A DNA stretch of 64,000 nt from an uncultured Bacteroidales bacterium (lineage in GTDB: Bacteria > Bacteroidota > Bacteroidia > Bacteroidales > WCHB1-69). The stretch lies in contig CAMVOL010000004.1 of assembly GCA_947169105.1 (NCBI GenBank), positions 40,656 to 104,655 on the forward strand, given 5' to 3'. Shown here one piece after another: positions 33,487-43,116 of the stretch. The notes under the pieces were generated by a model that was given only the letters and a program-made list of their open reading frames with translations, did not search any database and was not told the DNA's origin. Position 1 is the first letter of the stretch, and every line of letters starts with the position of its first letter. The translations under genes and the position numbers were made by a program.

Positions 33487-35403
33487 CTAATCGAAGAAAC
33501 GCCATGTGAGGCCCAAGACGAACTGCCGGCCCTCCATCGGGTAGTCGGGTGTGGTAAAGTAGCGGTATTTTATCGCGCCGCAGAGCACGTGCGTCACCTT
33601 GAAGTAGAGGGCGATGCGCTGCACCTGTATGGCGATGCTCGGGTCGAAGTAGAGGTAGTTGCCCACCTTCACCTTGTTTTGTGTGTAGAAACTGTAGAGC
33701 ATCGGACAGTATCCGTCGGCATAATAATTTGTATTATAGGCCATTGCAAAACCGAATTGAAGCTTTGCCTTGTTCTTGAAGATGTTCAGCCTGTAGAAAG
33801 CATCCATCTTTCCGGCAAAAATGGGCACTTGTATTTCCTTGTTGTTGGAGTACTGTACCCAAACATTGAAATTGGCGCCGAACCCTTTGACATAAATCGG
33901 TGCGAACAGGTGTATCTGTATGATATTGACGTATTTGTCAATGGCTTTCGGCCTCCATGTCTCATCAATGACGGCGTAGTTGTGGAGCATATAGTAGCTG
34001 AATTCCGCCTTGTAACCTTCTCTTTCCCAATAGGCTGAAAAATGGAGGATGTTCTGTTTCTTCCAATCGGTTTTCTTCCAATACATTGTGTTGGAGAAGA
34101 AGTAGGTGTAGGAATAGTCGGGGGTGCGGAAGTAGTAGTCGATGTTGGCGCCGAGGAAGTGGCGGTGCTTGCGGCTGATGGCCCAGCTGACGGCGGCGCG
34201 GGCGTTAAGGTCGTTGTTTTGATAGCCGCCAAGGGTGTAGAAAATCCTGCCGTGGATGTCCATCACGGAGAAGAGGCGGGTGTGGATCTGGGCGAAGGGA
34301 ATGAGTGCGTGCCCGATGTAGTTGGCCTGTGCGAACCGCGTGTATTCGTATGTGATGCCGCCTGTGAAGTGGAAAAAATACCGCTCATTCCTCTCTCCCT
34401 TATAAGGTTTGAACGAGGACCACTGTAGGGTGTTGGAAAGGGTATAGAAGCGGGTGGTGTCGGCGGTGGTGTCTGGGGAGAGGAAGAAGTTCGTACCGTA
34501 ATAGAGGGTGTCCAGATCGTAGTCGTTGTAGTTAACGCGCTGATGTTTGAAACGGAAGGTGTGCATGAAGGTGCCCCAGTAGTTGTTCTTCTCTTTTCGT
34601 TTATTTGGGGCGATGATGTTCACGTACTGCTGGAAAAGGAGGTCGTGGGTAAGCAGCCGCGTGGAAGCGTGGTACAGCTTCATGTTGTAGTTCTTGGTGG
34701 GGTCAAGAGAGTCCTGCTTGACGAAATCCTCCATGCTTAGCAGTCCGCCGTTTTCCTGCGGGTTGTAATAATTGACGATGTAGCTTGCCCGGAAACCGTA
34801 TATCTGCGAGGGGATTTCGTAATGGATGAGTGCATCGGCCACGATGTCGCTGGTCCGCTGGTTGGTGTAATATCCGTTGCTGGCCAAACCGCGCAGGTTG
34901 ATGGCGTACTTGACCTTGTCGCGGATGTTCTGTGTGTGTGTGGCCGTAAGCATATATTGTTTCGGAATCACACTATAGGTGAAGCCAAGATTGGTGTAAA
35001 CGGTCTTCAGATCATAGTATTCCAAATCTTCCTGTTCCTTGAAATAGAGCGGGAAAGGGAAGGTGAAAAGGGCGAAGCCCGGTTCTTTCTCGTAGGTGAA
35101 GTTGATGAATTTGTGTGCCTGTCCGATGATGCCGAGGGTCTGGCAGAGATTGATGGTCTGCTCTAACGGGTCGTGCTGCGCAATTCGATTGATGGTTGTG
35201 TCAATAACCTTGTAATCAACGGGTTTGAAAAAGATTGTACCAAGTTCTGTGTAGGAGGTAGGCAAATAAAGCGGGGAGATGGCCATCGCGGAGTCGATGG
35301 TGTGGTGGAAAAGGTCGTCCTCTTCGGTTTCGTCCTCCTGTGCCACAGTACGGAAGGCGGCGGCAAGGAGCAGGAGGGTGATGATGACGACTTTTCTGGA
35401 CAT
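33487..35403 (-). CDS. putative outer-membrane porin (large beta-barrel, Porin_10-like)
   Basis: 638 aa with signal peptide. Aromatic-rich alternating strands and a terminal ...GLTWRFFD. Confidence 0.6.
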   Translation of the reverse strand: MSRKVVIITLLLLAAAFRTVAQEDETEEDDLFHHTIDSAMAISPLYLPTSYTELGTIFFKPVDYKVIDTTINRIAQHDPLEQTINLCQTLGIIGQAHKFINFTYEKEPGFALFTFPFPLYFKEQEDLEYYDLKTVYTNLGFTYSVIPKQYMLTATHTQNIRDKVKYAINLRGLASNGYYTNQRTSDIVADALIHYEIPSQIYGFRASYIVNYYNPQENGGLLSMEDFVKQDSLDPTKNYNMKLYHASTRLLTHDLLFQQYVNIIAPNKRKEKNNYWGTFMHTFRFKHQRVNYNDYDLDTLYYGTNFFLSPDTTADTTRFYTLSNTLQWSSFKPYKGERNERYFFHFTGGITYEYTRFAQANYIGHALIPFAQIHTRLFSVMDIHGRIFYTLGGYQNNDLNARAAVSWAISRKHRHFLGANIDYYFRTPDYSYTYFFSNTMYWKKTDWKKQNILHFSAYWEREGYKAEFSYYMLHNYAVIDETWRPKAIDKYVNIIQIHLFAPIYVKGFGANFNVWVQYSNNKEIQVPIFAGKMDAFYRLNIFKNKAKLQFGFAMAYNTNYYADGYCPMLYSFYTQNKVKVGNYLYFDPSIAIQVQRIALYFKVTHVLCGAIKYRYFTTPDYPMEGRQFVLGLTWRFFD

Positions 35404-35457
35404 GTCTTTTGGTATGAGATAAGATAACGCTGTTATTTGCAGTTTGTTGCCCTGTGC

Positions 35458-36126
35458 CTACAGTTGTACGCCGAGGGTGATGGTGAGGAATTGTTGTCGG
35501 ATGGATTTGCGGTCAGAGAAAGCGGGCAGCAGGTTGTATTTATAACCCACGCCGACCGTGAAAAACATGATGCGGAAGTCGAGGCCTGCAGTCACTTGGC
35601 ACTGGTGGCGGGTCAGGGATGTCTTTCCGTAGCCGATGTCGTTTTTGGAGCAGTGTATCAGCGGTTTGTAAACGATGCCGGCGTAGGGGAGGAGGGCGCA
35701 GATTTTGCCGGCCTTGATTTGTCCGACCACCTTGACAGGAATCTGCAGATAACGGCTCTCCACCGTCTCGTCGCCGCACAGCCGGCCTTCCGCAGTCCAT
35801 GTGTCGTAGTGGCATTTGTGGAAAATGTACTCAAGGCCGGTTTCGGCAAAAATGAACTTGTAGCCGCCGCGCACGTAAAAGCCGAACATGGCGGACAGAT
35901 GGGTCTTGAAGTGGTCTCGTTCCGACAGCCACTTGCTGCTGAGATTGAGGTCGGTGCCGATACGGATGCCGTATTGGAGATAGTCCTCCAAGCTTCCCTC
36001 TTCCGATGAAAGTGTTATGGCCTGAAGTCGTGATTGCCGGAAGAAGGTCGAGTCGCGGTCGGCGGCGGAAACAGGCAGCAGTAAGGCTGTCAGCAGGATG
36101 CAAAGAAAGAAAGCGCTATTCCTCAT
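35458..36126 (-). CDS. small outer-membrane beta-barrel protein (OmpW/porin-family-like)
   Basis: The track start 36153 is TTG. ATG 36126 gives the signal peptide MRNSAFFLCILLTALLLPVSAA. It overlaps the pth 3' end by 11 nt. Confidence 0.7.
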   Translation of the reverse strand: MRNSAFFLCILLTALLLPVSAADRDSTFFRQSRLQAITLSSEEGSLEDYLQYGIRIGTDLNLSSKWLSERDHFKTHLSAMFGFYVRGGYKFIFAETGLEYIFHKCHYDTWTAEGRLCGDETVESRYLQIPVKVVGQIKAGKICALLPYAGIVYKPLIHCSKNDIGYGKTSLTRHQCQVTAGLDFRIMFFTVGVGYKYNLLPAFSDRKSIRQQFLTITLGVQL

Positions 36127-36733
36127 GGCTGGTCGTTTCTGGTTTCTTTTCAACCTTCTTTGTGTTGAACTGGTTCATGGTGTGCTGGATGCCCGCCGTG
36201 GTGAACGAAAGCACCATCTCCACGGCCTTGTCGATGGCGGGTTGGATGGTAGCCTTCATCTCATCGGTGGGGAATTTGCCCAGGACGTACTCAATCTGGT
36301 ATCCTTGGGCGAAGTCGTGGCCGACGCCGAAGCGGAGGCGTGGGAAGTCGGTGTTGCCGAGGGTTTCGATGATGTGGTTGAGGCCGTTATGGGTACCGCC
36401 GCTGCCTTTGGCGCGCATCCGGACCCATCCGGCGGGCAGGTCGATGTCGTCGCAGATGACGAGGATGTTCTCCTCCGGCACGCTCTCGTGATCCATCCAA
36501 TAGCGGACGGCTTTGCCGCTGAGGTTCATATAAGTGGTGGGCATGGCCAGAATGAGCGTGCGTCCTTTGTACTTCCCTTCGGCGATGTAGGCGTGCCGGT
36601 CGGTGCGGAAGGTCACCGACAGTTTCTGCGCCAGTGCGTTCACCACCTCGAAACCGATGTTGTGGCGTGTGCCGGCATACTGGTTCTCAGCGTTTCCGAG
36701 ACCGAATATGATGAATTTTTTGCAATTTTCCAC
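36116..36733 (-). CDS. pth: peptidyl-tRNA hydrolase
   Basis: FIIFGLGNAENQYAGTRHNIGFEVV and the THNGLNHI motif. The start codon is GTG, with no in-frame ATG before the conserved N-terminus. Confidence 0.9.
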   Translation of the reverse strand: MENCKKFIIFGLGNAENQYAGTRHNIGFEVVNALAQKLSVTFRTDRHAYIAEGKYKGRTLILAMPTTYMNLSGKAVRYWMDHESVPEENILVICDDIDLPAGWVRMRAKGSGGTHNGLNHIIETLGNTDFPRLRFGVGHDFAQGYQIEYVLGKFPTDEMKATIQPAIDKAVEMVLSFTTAGIQHTMNQFNTKKVEKKPETTSHEE

Positions 36734-36751
36734 TTGTCAAAAATTAGGGTG

Positions 36752-36759
36752 CAAAAGTA
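36752..36759 (-). promoter_or_regulatory. -7 box (TActTTTG) for pth
   Basis: The + strand caaaagta lies about 19 nt upstream of GTG 36733. Confidence 0.55.
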
Positions 36760-36833
36760 CAATTTTTTACGGAACCCAAATTTTGCAATTGAAAAAAAGA
36801 AAATCCCGATATTCAAGAGTAAAATTATTTCCG

Positions 36834-36841
36834 TACCTTTG
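36834..36841 (+). promoter_or_regulatory. -7 box (TAccTTTG) for moxR
   Basis: TACCTTTG lies about 26 nt upstream of ATG 36867. Confidence 0.6.
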
Positions 36842-36866
36842 CAGACTTTTTCAAAACCATACTGTT

Positions 36867-37862
36867 ATGTCTAATGTAGTTGATATCAAGGAATTAAACG
36901 ACAGAATTCAGCGCGAGAGCTCTTTTGTCGATATGATTAATAATGAAATGTCGCAGGTGATTGTCGGCCAGAAGGCGATGGTGGAGAAGCTGCTGATCGG
37001 CCTGCTCTCCAACGGACATATCCTTTTGGAAGGCGTTCCCGGACTGGCCAAAACATTGGCTATCAAGTCGCTGGCTAACGTCATCAAGGCAAAGTTCAGC
37101 CGCATCCAGTTCACCCCCGACCTTCTGCCCGCCGATGTCATCGGTACGATGATCTACAGCCAGAAGAACGAGGAGTTCGTGGTGAAGAAGGGCCCCATCT
37201 TCGCCAACTTCATCCTCGCCGATGAAATCAACCGTGCCCCCGCCAAAGTGCAGAGCGCCCTCTTGGAGGCGATGCAGGAACGCCAGGTCACCATCGGCGA
37301 AACCTCCTTTAAACTGGAGGAACCGTTCCTTGTGATGGCCACCCAGAACCCGATTGAACAGGAGGGTACCTATCCGCTGCCCGAGGCTCAGGTGGACCGT
37401 TTCATGATGAAGGTGATTGTGGATTATCCCAAACAGGAGGAGGAGAAACTGATTCTGCGTCAGCATCTTGCTGCAGAATTTCCCACCACCCGCACCATCC
37501 TCGACCCGCAGGACATCATCAAGGCCCGCTCCATCGTCCGTGAGGTGTATGTCGATGAAAAAATCGAGCAGTACATCACCTCCATCGTCTTCGCCACCCG
37601 CTACCCCGAAGAGTACGGGCTTGGCAAATTCCAGACGATGATCAGCTACGGCGCTTCCCCGCGTGCCACCATTAACCTCGCCCTCGCGGCACAGGCCTAC
37701 GCCTTCATCAAACGCCGCGGCTACGTCATCCCCGAGGATGTCCGCGCCGTCGCCTACGACGTGCTCCGCCACCGCATAGGCCTCACCTACGAAGCAGAAG
37801 CCGAAAACGTCCAAAGCACCGACATTATCAATGAAGTGCTGAATACCGTCGTCGTACCGTAG
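36867..37862 (+). CDS. moxR: MoxR-family AAA+ ATPase
   Basis: The track ORF starts at 36603; ATG 36867 gives 331 aa. Walker A-like region HILLEGVPGLAKT, ILADEINRAPAKVQSALLEAMQE. Confidence 0.92.
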   Translation: MSNVVDIKELNDRIQRESSFVDMINNEMSQVIVGQKAMVEKLLIGLLSNGHILLEGVPGLAKTLAIKSLANVIKAKFSRIQFTPDLLPADVIGTMIYSQKNEEFVVKKGPIFANFILADEINRAPAKVQSALLEAMQERQVTIGETSFKLEEPFLVMATQNPIEQEGTYPLPEAQVDRFMMKVIVDYPKQEEEKLILRQHLAAEFPTTRTILDPQDIIKARSIVREVYVDEKIEQYITSIVFATRYPEEYGLGKFQTMISYGASPRATINLALAAQAYAFIKRRGYVIPEDVRAVAYDVLRHRIGLTYEAEAENVQSTDIINEVLNTVVVP

Positions 37863-37904
37863 GGAACGGAAAACGGAAAAATGAAAATGGAAAAATGAAA
37901 ATTA

Positions 37905-38005
37905 TGGAGTAAAAAGTAGGAGGTAATAAGTAGGAGGTTTCCAACGCACAACCCATCTTCACACCACCCACCTAATACCTTTCACCTATTACATATTACC
38001 TTATA
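37905..38005 (+). repeat. long imperfect hairpin element, copy C, inside the moxR-DUF58 spacer
   Basis: gtaaaaagtaggaggtaataagtaggagg - tttccaacgcacaaccc - atcttcacaccacccacctaatacctttcacc. Homologous to copy A and, in reverse complement, to copy D. Confidence 0.7.
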
Positions 38006-38100
38006 CATACGAAACTGCCGATTAGCCGCCATGCTATGACGGCTCTACCAAATGCCCCCTTAACTTTTAACTTGATAAACTTGATGAACTTGTAACTATT

Positions 38101-38967
38101 ATGGAACCCTCTGAACTGATAAAAAAGGTGCGCCGTATTGAGATCCGGACGCGGGCGCTGACCCAGCAGATTTTTGCGGGACAGTACAAGAGCGCGTTCA
38201 AGGGGCGTGGTATGGCCTTCAGTGAAGTGCGCCAGTACAACTACGGCGACGATGTCCGCTTCATCGACTGGAACGTGACTGCCCGCTTCAACTCCCCGTT
38301 TGTCAAGATTTTCAATGAGGAACGTGAGATGACCGTGATGCTGCTCATCGACGTGAGCGGCTCCAACCTGTTCGGCACCCGCAAGCAGTTCAAGACCGAC
38401 CTCATCACAGAGTTGGCCGCCGTCCTCTCCTTTTCTGCTATTACCAATAACGACAAGGTGGGCGTGATTTTCTTCAGCGATACCGTCGAGAAGTTCATCC
38501 CGCCGGCCAAAGGAAAAAGCCATATCCTGCGTATTATCAGAGAATTACTGACTTATACACCGTCGCAGCGGCAAACCGACCTTTCCGAAGCGTTGCGCTA
38601 TTTCACCAACGCTATCAAGAAGAAATGCACGGCGTTCGTTATTTCTGACTATGTCGGGGGCGATTTTGAGCAGGCGCTGAAGATTGCGGCGAACCGGCAC
38701 GACATTGTGGCGCTCCAGATTTCGGACAAGGGCGAGGCGGCCATCCCTAATCTGGGTCTGCTGGAACTGATGGATCCAGAGACGGGAAAACGTTTCTGGG
38801 CCGACACTTCATCACCCAAAGTGCGCGACAGTTACGCACAATGGTGGAAGAAATTGACGGATACCAATTTGGACCTTTTCCGCCGCTCCGGCATTGATGT
38901 GGCGCAACTTTATACCGATGAGGATTACGTGCCGGCTTTGTCGGCTCTGTTCGCTCGGCGCGGGTAG
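38101..38967 (+). CDS. DUF58 (vWA-like) protein, MoxR partner
   Basis: 288 aa. GQYKSAFKGRGMAFSEVRQYNYGDDVRFIDWNVTAR and LLIDVSGS. Confidence 0.88.
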   Translation: MEPSELIKKVRRIEIRTRALTQQIFAGQYKSAFKGRGMAFSEVRQYNYGDDVRFIDWNVTARFNSPFVKIFNEEREMTVMLLIDVSGSNLFGTRKQFKTDLITELAAVLSFSAITNNDKVGVIFFSDTVEKFIPPAKGKSHILRIIRELLTYTPSQRQTDLSEALRYFTNAIKKKCTAFVISDYVGGDFEQALKIAANRHDIVALQISDKGEAAIPNLGLLELMDPETGKRFWADTSSPKVRDSYAQWWKKLTDTNLDLFRRSGIDVAQLYTDEDYVPALSALFARRG

Positions 38968-38995
38968 TCTTGTGAAATCATCTTAATTTTATAGA

Positions 38996-40741
38996 ATGAA
39001 AAGAATCCTCACTACTTTGCTTTTCTTGATTTTAGGATTCGCCGCTATTGCGCAGCAACATCCTGTGTATGAGAAGAGTGCGGAAGATGTGCTGCGTTGG
39101 CACGAATTGTACGAGCGGATGCGCACGTCGGAACCGCCGACGGCACCCGTCACCAACGTCGCCGAATTCCAGCCCTCGCAGGGCGTGCTGATTGCTTATC
39201 CGACCAGTTACAGTGGAAGCGGTTTCGGAATCCCCTATACGTTGATAGCACAGATGTCGGAACTCGTTCCTGTCACTATCGCCATTAGCAGTTCTTACCA
39301 GCAGAATCAGGTGCGTAATGAATTGCAACAGAATGGTGTGGACGTGAACAACGTCAATTTCGTAGTGGGCGCGGTGGACAGTTACTGGGCCCGCGACTTC
39401 GGCCCGTGGTTCATCATCGACGGCAACGACCAGTTCGGTGTGACCGACTTCACCTACAACCGCTCTTCCCGACCTAACGATGACAACCACATGTCCATAA
39501 TGGCTCAGTCCCTCAATATCAATCATTTTGACTTTCCGTTGATTCATACCGGCGGAAACTATATGACGGACGGTTATGGGATGTCCGCTTCCACCGATCT
39601 CGTTTTTGAGGAGAATAGTGATTTGACGGAGGCGGAAATACGTCAGCTGATGAACGACTACCTCGGCATCGAGACGTACCATGTCACCATTGATCCGCAA
39701 GGGGATTATATTGCCCATATCGACTGCTGGGGCAAGTTCTTGGATGTGGATAAGGTGTTGATTGCGCAGCTCCCGCAGAATGCCAACCGCTATCAGGAAT
39801 ATGAGGAGGTGGCGGCCTATTTTGCCAATGCCACTAGTTCGTGGGGAAACAAGTATCAGGTTTACAGGGTTTTTGAACCTGGAAGTGTGGTGAGCAATGC
39901 CCGCACACCCTACACTAATAGCTTGATTCTCAACGACCATGTTTTCGTGCCCGTGACAGGTACTTCGTATGACGATGATGCCATTGAGGTGTATCGTGCG
40001 GCGATGCCCGGCTATACCATTGTGCCTATTATGGAACGTTCTGACCGTCAGTGGAAAAATACCGATGCACTCCACTGCCGCACGCACGAAATTGCCGACT
40101 TGGGTATGCTGCTCATCCGCCACTATCCCACACTCGGAGTGCAGCCCTTTGATTCGGTCTTCACGTTCCGTGCCGACCTTACCGCCTACAGCGGACAGGA
40201 TATCATTAGTGACTCTGTCCTAATTCATTACAGAATTGTTGAAGATGGAGATACCACGGAGTGGCAAATTTCTCCGATGGCTTCTGTTGGAGGAAAGACG
40301 TGGGAAGGTTTTATCGCCGGCATCACAGACAGCTGTGAAGTGCAGTACTACCTAAGTGCCGCAGACCTTTCAGGCCGCCACGAAAATCATCCCTACATTG
40401 GGGCTCCCGACCCGCATACCTTCACCGTTAGTCCCCCCGCCGACAATCCTGAAGAACCTGATGATCCCGAAAATCCCGATGACACTACCGGAATTGTGGC
40501 GTTCAATGAAGCCGCTTACGTTGTCGCCCCGAATCCTGCTCATGGCACATTTACCGTACATACGCCGAGCGCTAAGGAACTCCGCGTTTTCAATACGATG
40601 GGACAGATGGTTTTGAATCAGAAAGTTGAGGGCGTGGAGACGGTGACGGTCAATGCCACGAATTGGCCCAAGGGTACCTACATTATTGCCATCATTACCG
40701 AAAATAGCAAGGTGGTGCAGAAGAAAATAATAATAATGTAG
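38996..40741 (+). CDS. secreted agmatine-deiminase / Porphyromonas-type peptidyl-arginine deiminase family enzyme with a T9SS CTD
   Basis: 581 aa with signal peptide. DSYWARDFGPWFI, HTGGNYMTDG, catalytic-Cys context TDALHCRTHEI. CTD VAPNPAHGTFTVH...GTYIIAIITENSKVVQKKIIIM. Confidence 0.85.
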   Translation: MKRILTTLLFLILGFAAIAQQHPVYEKSAEDVLRWHELYERMRTSEPPTAPVTNVAEFQPSQGVLIAYPTSYSGSGFGIPYTLIAQMSELVPVTIAISSSYQQNQVRNELQQNGVDVNNVNFVVGAVDSYWARDFGPWFIIDGNDQFGVTDFTYNRSSRPNDDNHMSIMAQSLNINHFDFPLIHTGGNYMTDGYGMSASTDLVFEENSDLTEAEIRQLMNDYLGIETYHVTIDPQGDYIAHIDCWGKFLDVDKVLIAQLPQNANRYQEYEEVAAYFANATSSWGNKYQVYRVFEPGSVVSNARTPYTNSLILNDHVFVPVTGTSYDDDAIEVYRAAMPGYTIVPIMERSDRQWKNTDALHCRTHEIADLGMLLIRHYPTLGVQPFDSVFTFRADLTAYSGQDIISDSVLIHYRIVEDGDTTEWQISPMASVGGKTWEGFIAGITDSCEVQYYLSAADLSGRHENHPYIGAPDPHTFTVSPPADNPEEPDDPENPDDTTGIVAFNEAAYVVAPNPAHGTFTVHTPSAKELRVFNTMGQMVLNQKVEGVETVTVNATNWPKGTYIIAIITENSKVVQKKIIIM

Positions 40742-40788
40742 GAGGTGCCGTAAGGTTCGGATATTGCAGGACAAATCATCCGTTGCCC

Positions 40789-41277
40789 CTATTTCGCCTC
40801 ATCATATACTTCCAGATGGCTCAGTTCCGTGCCGTTGATTTCCAACCGCAGGAACGTCAGACGGATGTGATGCCCATAGCGGCTGGCCGAGCCAGGATTG
40901 ATGTACAATAGGTTGTGCTTCTGGTCGTTGAAGACTTTTAAAATATGGGAATGCCCCGCCACAAAGATGGTGGGGTGCTCCTTCTCAATAAGGTCAAGTG
41001 CCGGCGTCGAATAGTAGTTCCCGTTGCCCACAATGTGCATGATGGCGACCTTGTGGCCTTCACAGTTGAACACCAACGATTCCGGCACTTCCCTGCGGAT
41101 ATCCCAGTCGTCACAGTTGCCGTAAACGGCCCGCAACGGCGCAATGTAGCGGAGCTCGTCCAAGATGTCGGAGCTGCCAATGTCGCCGGCGTGCCAGATT
41201 TCGTCGCACCCCTTGAAGAAGTTCTCCACTTCGGGGTGCATATAACCGTGCGTGTCTGAGATGATTCCTATTTTCAT
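40789..41277 (-). CDS. YfcE/MJ0936-type metallophosphoesterase
   Basis: ATG 41277 gives MKIGIISDTHGY. Also HAGDIGS, GNCD, GHSH. Confidence 0.85.
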   Translation of the reverse strand: MKIGIISDTHGYMHPEVENFFKGCDEIWHAGDIGSSDILDELRYIAPLRAVYGNCDDWDIRREVPESLVFNCEGHKVAIMHIVGNGNYYSTPALDLIEKEHPTIFVAGHSHILKVFNDQKHNLLYINPGSASRYGHHIRLTFLRLEINGTELSHLEVYDEAK

Positions 41278-41284
41278 AAAAATG

Positions 41285-41659
41285 CTATTTGATAGCGATG
41301 GATTCAATTTCCACCATCACACCCATCGGGAGGGCTTTCACGGCGAATGCGGCGCGCGCCGGCGGGTTCTCCTTGAAGTATTTGGCGTAAACCTCGTTCA
41401 TCGGTTTGAAGTTGGCCATATCGCTCAACAGGCAGGTGGTCTTCACCACGTTGGCGTAGGTGTAGCCGGCTTCTTCCAAAATGGCCCCGATGTTCTTCAG
41501 TACCTGTTCGGTCTGTTCTTCGATGGTTTCGGCAACCTTCCCCGTAGCAGGATCTACCGGAATCTGACCGGAAATGAATAACATTCCATTGTTTTCAATT
41601 GCTTGGCTGTAAGGTCCGATGGCCTTCGGCGCTTTGTCGGTGTGGATAACTTTCTTCAT
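41285..41659 (-). CDS. ridA: RidA (YjgF/TdcF) reactive enamine/imine deaminase
   Basis: 124 aa. APKAIGPYSQAI...FISGQIP...ARAAFAVKALPMGVMVEIE. Confidence 0.92.
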   Translation of the reverse strand: MKKVIHTDKAPKAIGPYSQAIENNGMLFISGQIPVDPATGKVAETIEEQTEQVLKNIGAILEEAGYTYANVVKTTCLLSDMANFKPMNEVYAKYFKENPPARAAFAVKALPMGVMVEIESIAIK

Positions 41660-41717
41660 GATTTAATAATTTAAAAACCTATAATTTAATAACTTAATAG
41701 TTTTAATAATTTAATAA

Positions 41718-42968
41718 TTAGTGAATTTTTTTCTGGCCGTCGAATTTGTAGCCGATGGTGGCGAAGAAAAGGATATAGATATAGCTGACGAACAGGATGC
41801 AGTAGGCGGTCTGGTTGCCGATGACATCGCACAACTTGCCGTAAACCAGCGGGATGATGGCGCCGCCGGCGATAGCCATAATCAACAGGGCGGATCCCAG
41901 TTCGGTGTGCTTTCCGAGGTCGTGGATGGAAAGCGGCCAGATGGCGGGCCACATGATGGCGTGGGCGAAACTCAGCATAATGATGCACGCTACAGACACC
42001 ATCCCTTTCGTCCCGACCGCCGCAATGACGAGCGCGATGGAAATGAACAGCTGGATGATGAGGGCCTTGCGTTGCGAAATCAGCTTCGGTATGGTGATGA
42101 TGCCCAACAGGTAACCCACCACAAGGGCAATGAGGGCATAGACACCGAAGTTTTTGCCTGCCGAAATGGGCATTCCCCAGAATTCGCCGTAACGCACCAG
42201 ATAGTCAATGGCGATGACCTCCGCACCCACATAGAAAAAGATGGCCAATGCACCAAGCCACAGGTACGGATAGCTGAAAATCGACTTCTCCTTGCCGTCC
42301 GACTGCACCGTTTCCACTTCGGGTTCAGGAAGTTTGGCTAATTTTAGGAAGATAACCAGCACTATCAGGATGGTCGTGATGATGATGTAGGGGAGGATAA
42401 TCTGGTTGGAAAGATGCTGAAGCAAAAATTCGCGATTGGGTCCGGCGGGCATCGTCTGGAGCAGTTCCACTTCTTTTTCGGTGGTGGAGAAAAGCGCCTT
42501 GTACAGGACGAGGATACCGATCATGCCGGCCACTTTGTTGCAGATGCCCATCATGCTGATGCGCCGGGCCGCCGTCTCTATCGGCCCGAGGATGGTGGCG
42601 TAAGGGTTGGAGGCGGTCTGCAGGATAGAGAGTCCCAGCCCTTGTACGAAAAGCCCCACAAGGAAGAAACCGAACTGGCGTGTCATGGCCGCCGGCACGA
42701 AGATGATGGAGCCGATGGCCATCGTCACCAAGCCTAAAATCATACCATTCCCGTAACCCACCCGTTTGATGAGGTACGATGACGGAATTGCCATCACAAA
42801 ATAGGAGATGTAGAAGGCGAAAGGTACGAAAGAGGACTGGAAATCAGTAAGTTCGCAAGTTGTTCGGAAAAACGGAATCAGGATGTTGTTGAGCCACGTC
42901 ACGAAGCCGAAGACGAAGAACAGCGATCCGATGACGAAAAGGCTGAAGGCGTATTTGTTCTGTTTCAT
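41718..42968 (-). CDS. sugar:H+ MFS transporter (FucP/GluP family)
   Basis: ATG 42968 gives MKQNKYAFSLFVIGSLFFVFGFVTWLNNILIPFF. 12-TM pattern. Confidence 0.85.
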   Translation of the reverse strand: MKQNKYAFSLFVIGSLFFVFGFVTWLNNILIPFFRTTCELTDFQSSFVPFAFYISYFVMAIPSSYLIKRVGYGNGMILGLVTMAIGSIIFVPAAMTRQFGFFLVGLFVQGLGLSILQTASNPYATILGPIETAARRISMMGICNKVAGMIGILVLYKALFSTTEKEVELLQTMPAGPNREFLLQHLSNQIILPYIIITTILIVLVIFLKLAKLPEPEVETVQSDGKEKSIFSYPYLWLGALAIFFYVGAEVIAIDYLVRYGEFWGMPISAGKNFGVYALIALVVGYLLGIITIPKLISQRKALIIQLFISIALVIAAVGTKGMVSVACIIMLSFAHAIMWPAIWPLSIHDLGKHTELGSALLIMAIAGGAIIPLVYGKLCDVIGNQTAYCILFVSYIYILFFATIGYKFDGQKKIH

Positions 42969-42987
42969 ACTGTGGTTTTTGAAAGTG

Positions 42988-42995
42988 CAAAAGTA
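42988..42995 (-). promoter_or_regulatory. -7 box (TActTTTG) for the MFS transporter
   Basis: The + strand caaaagta lies about 20 nt upstream of ATG 42968. Confidence 0.6.
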
Positions 42996-43116
42996 CGGAT
43001 TTTTTTGCGGTGCTTCCAAACCAAATTTGAAAATTTCGTAACAATCTGGATAGCAGAATATATTCAGAACAACGTGGAAAATGGGGATTGGACAGATTGT
43101 GGGAGAAAAGCCTTAT

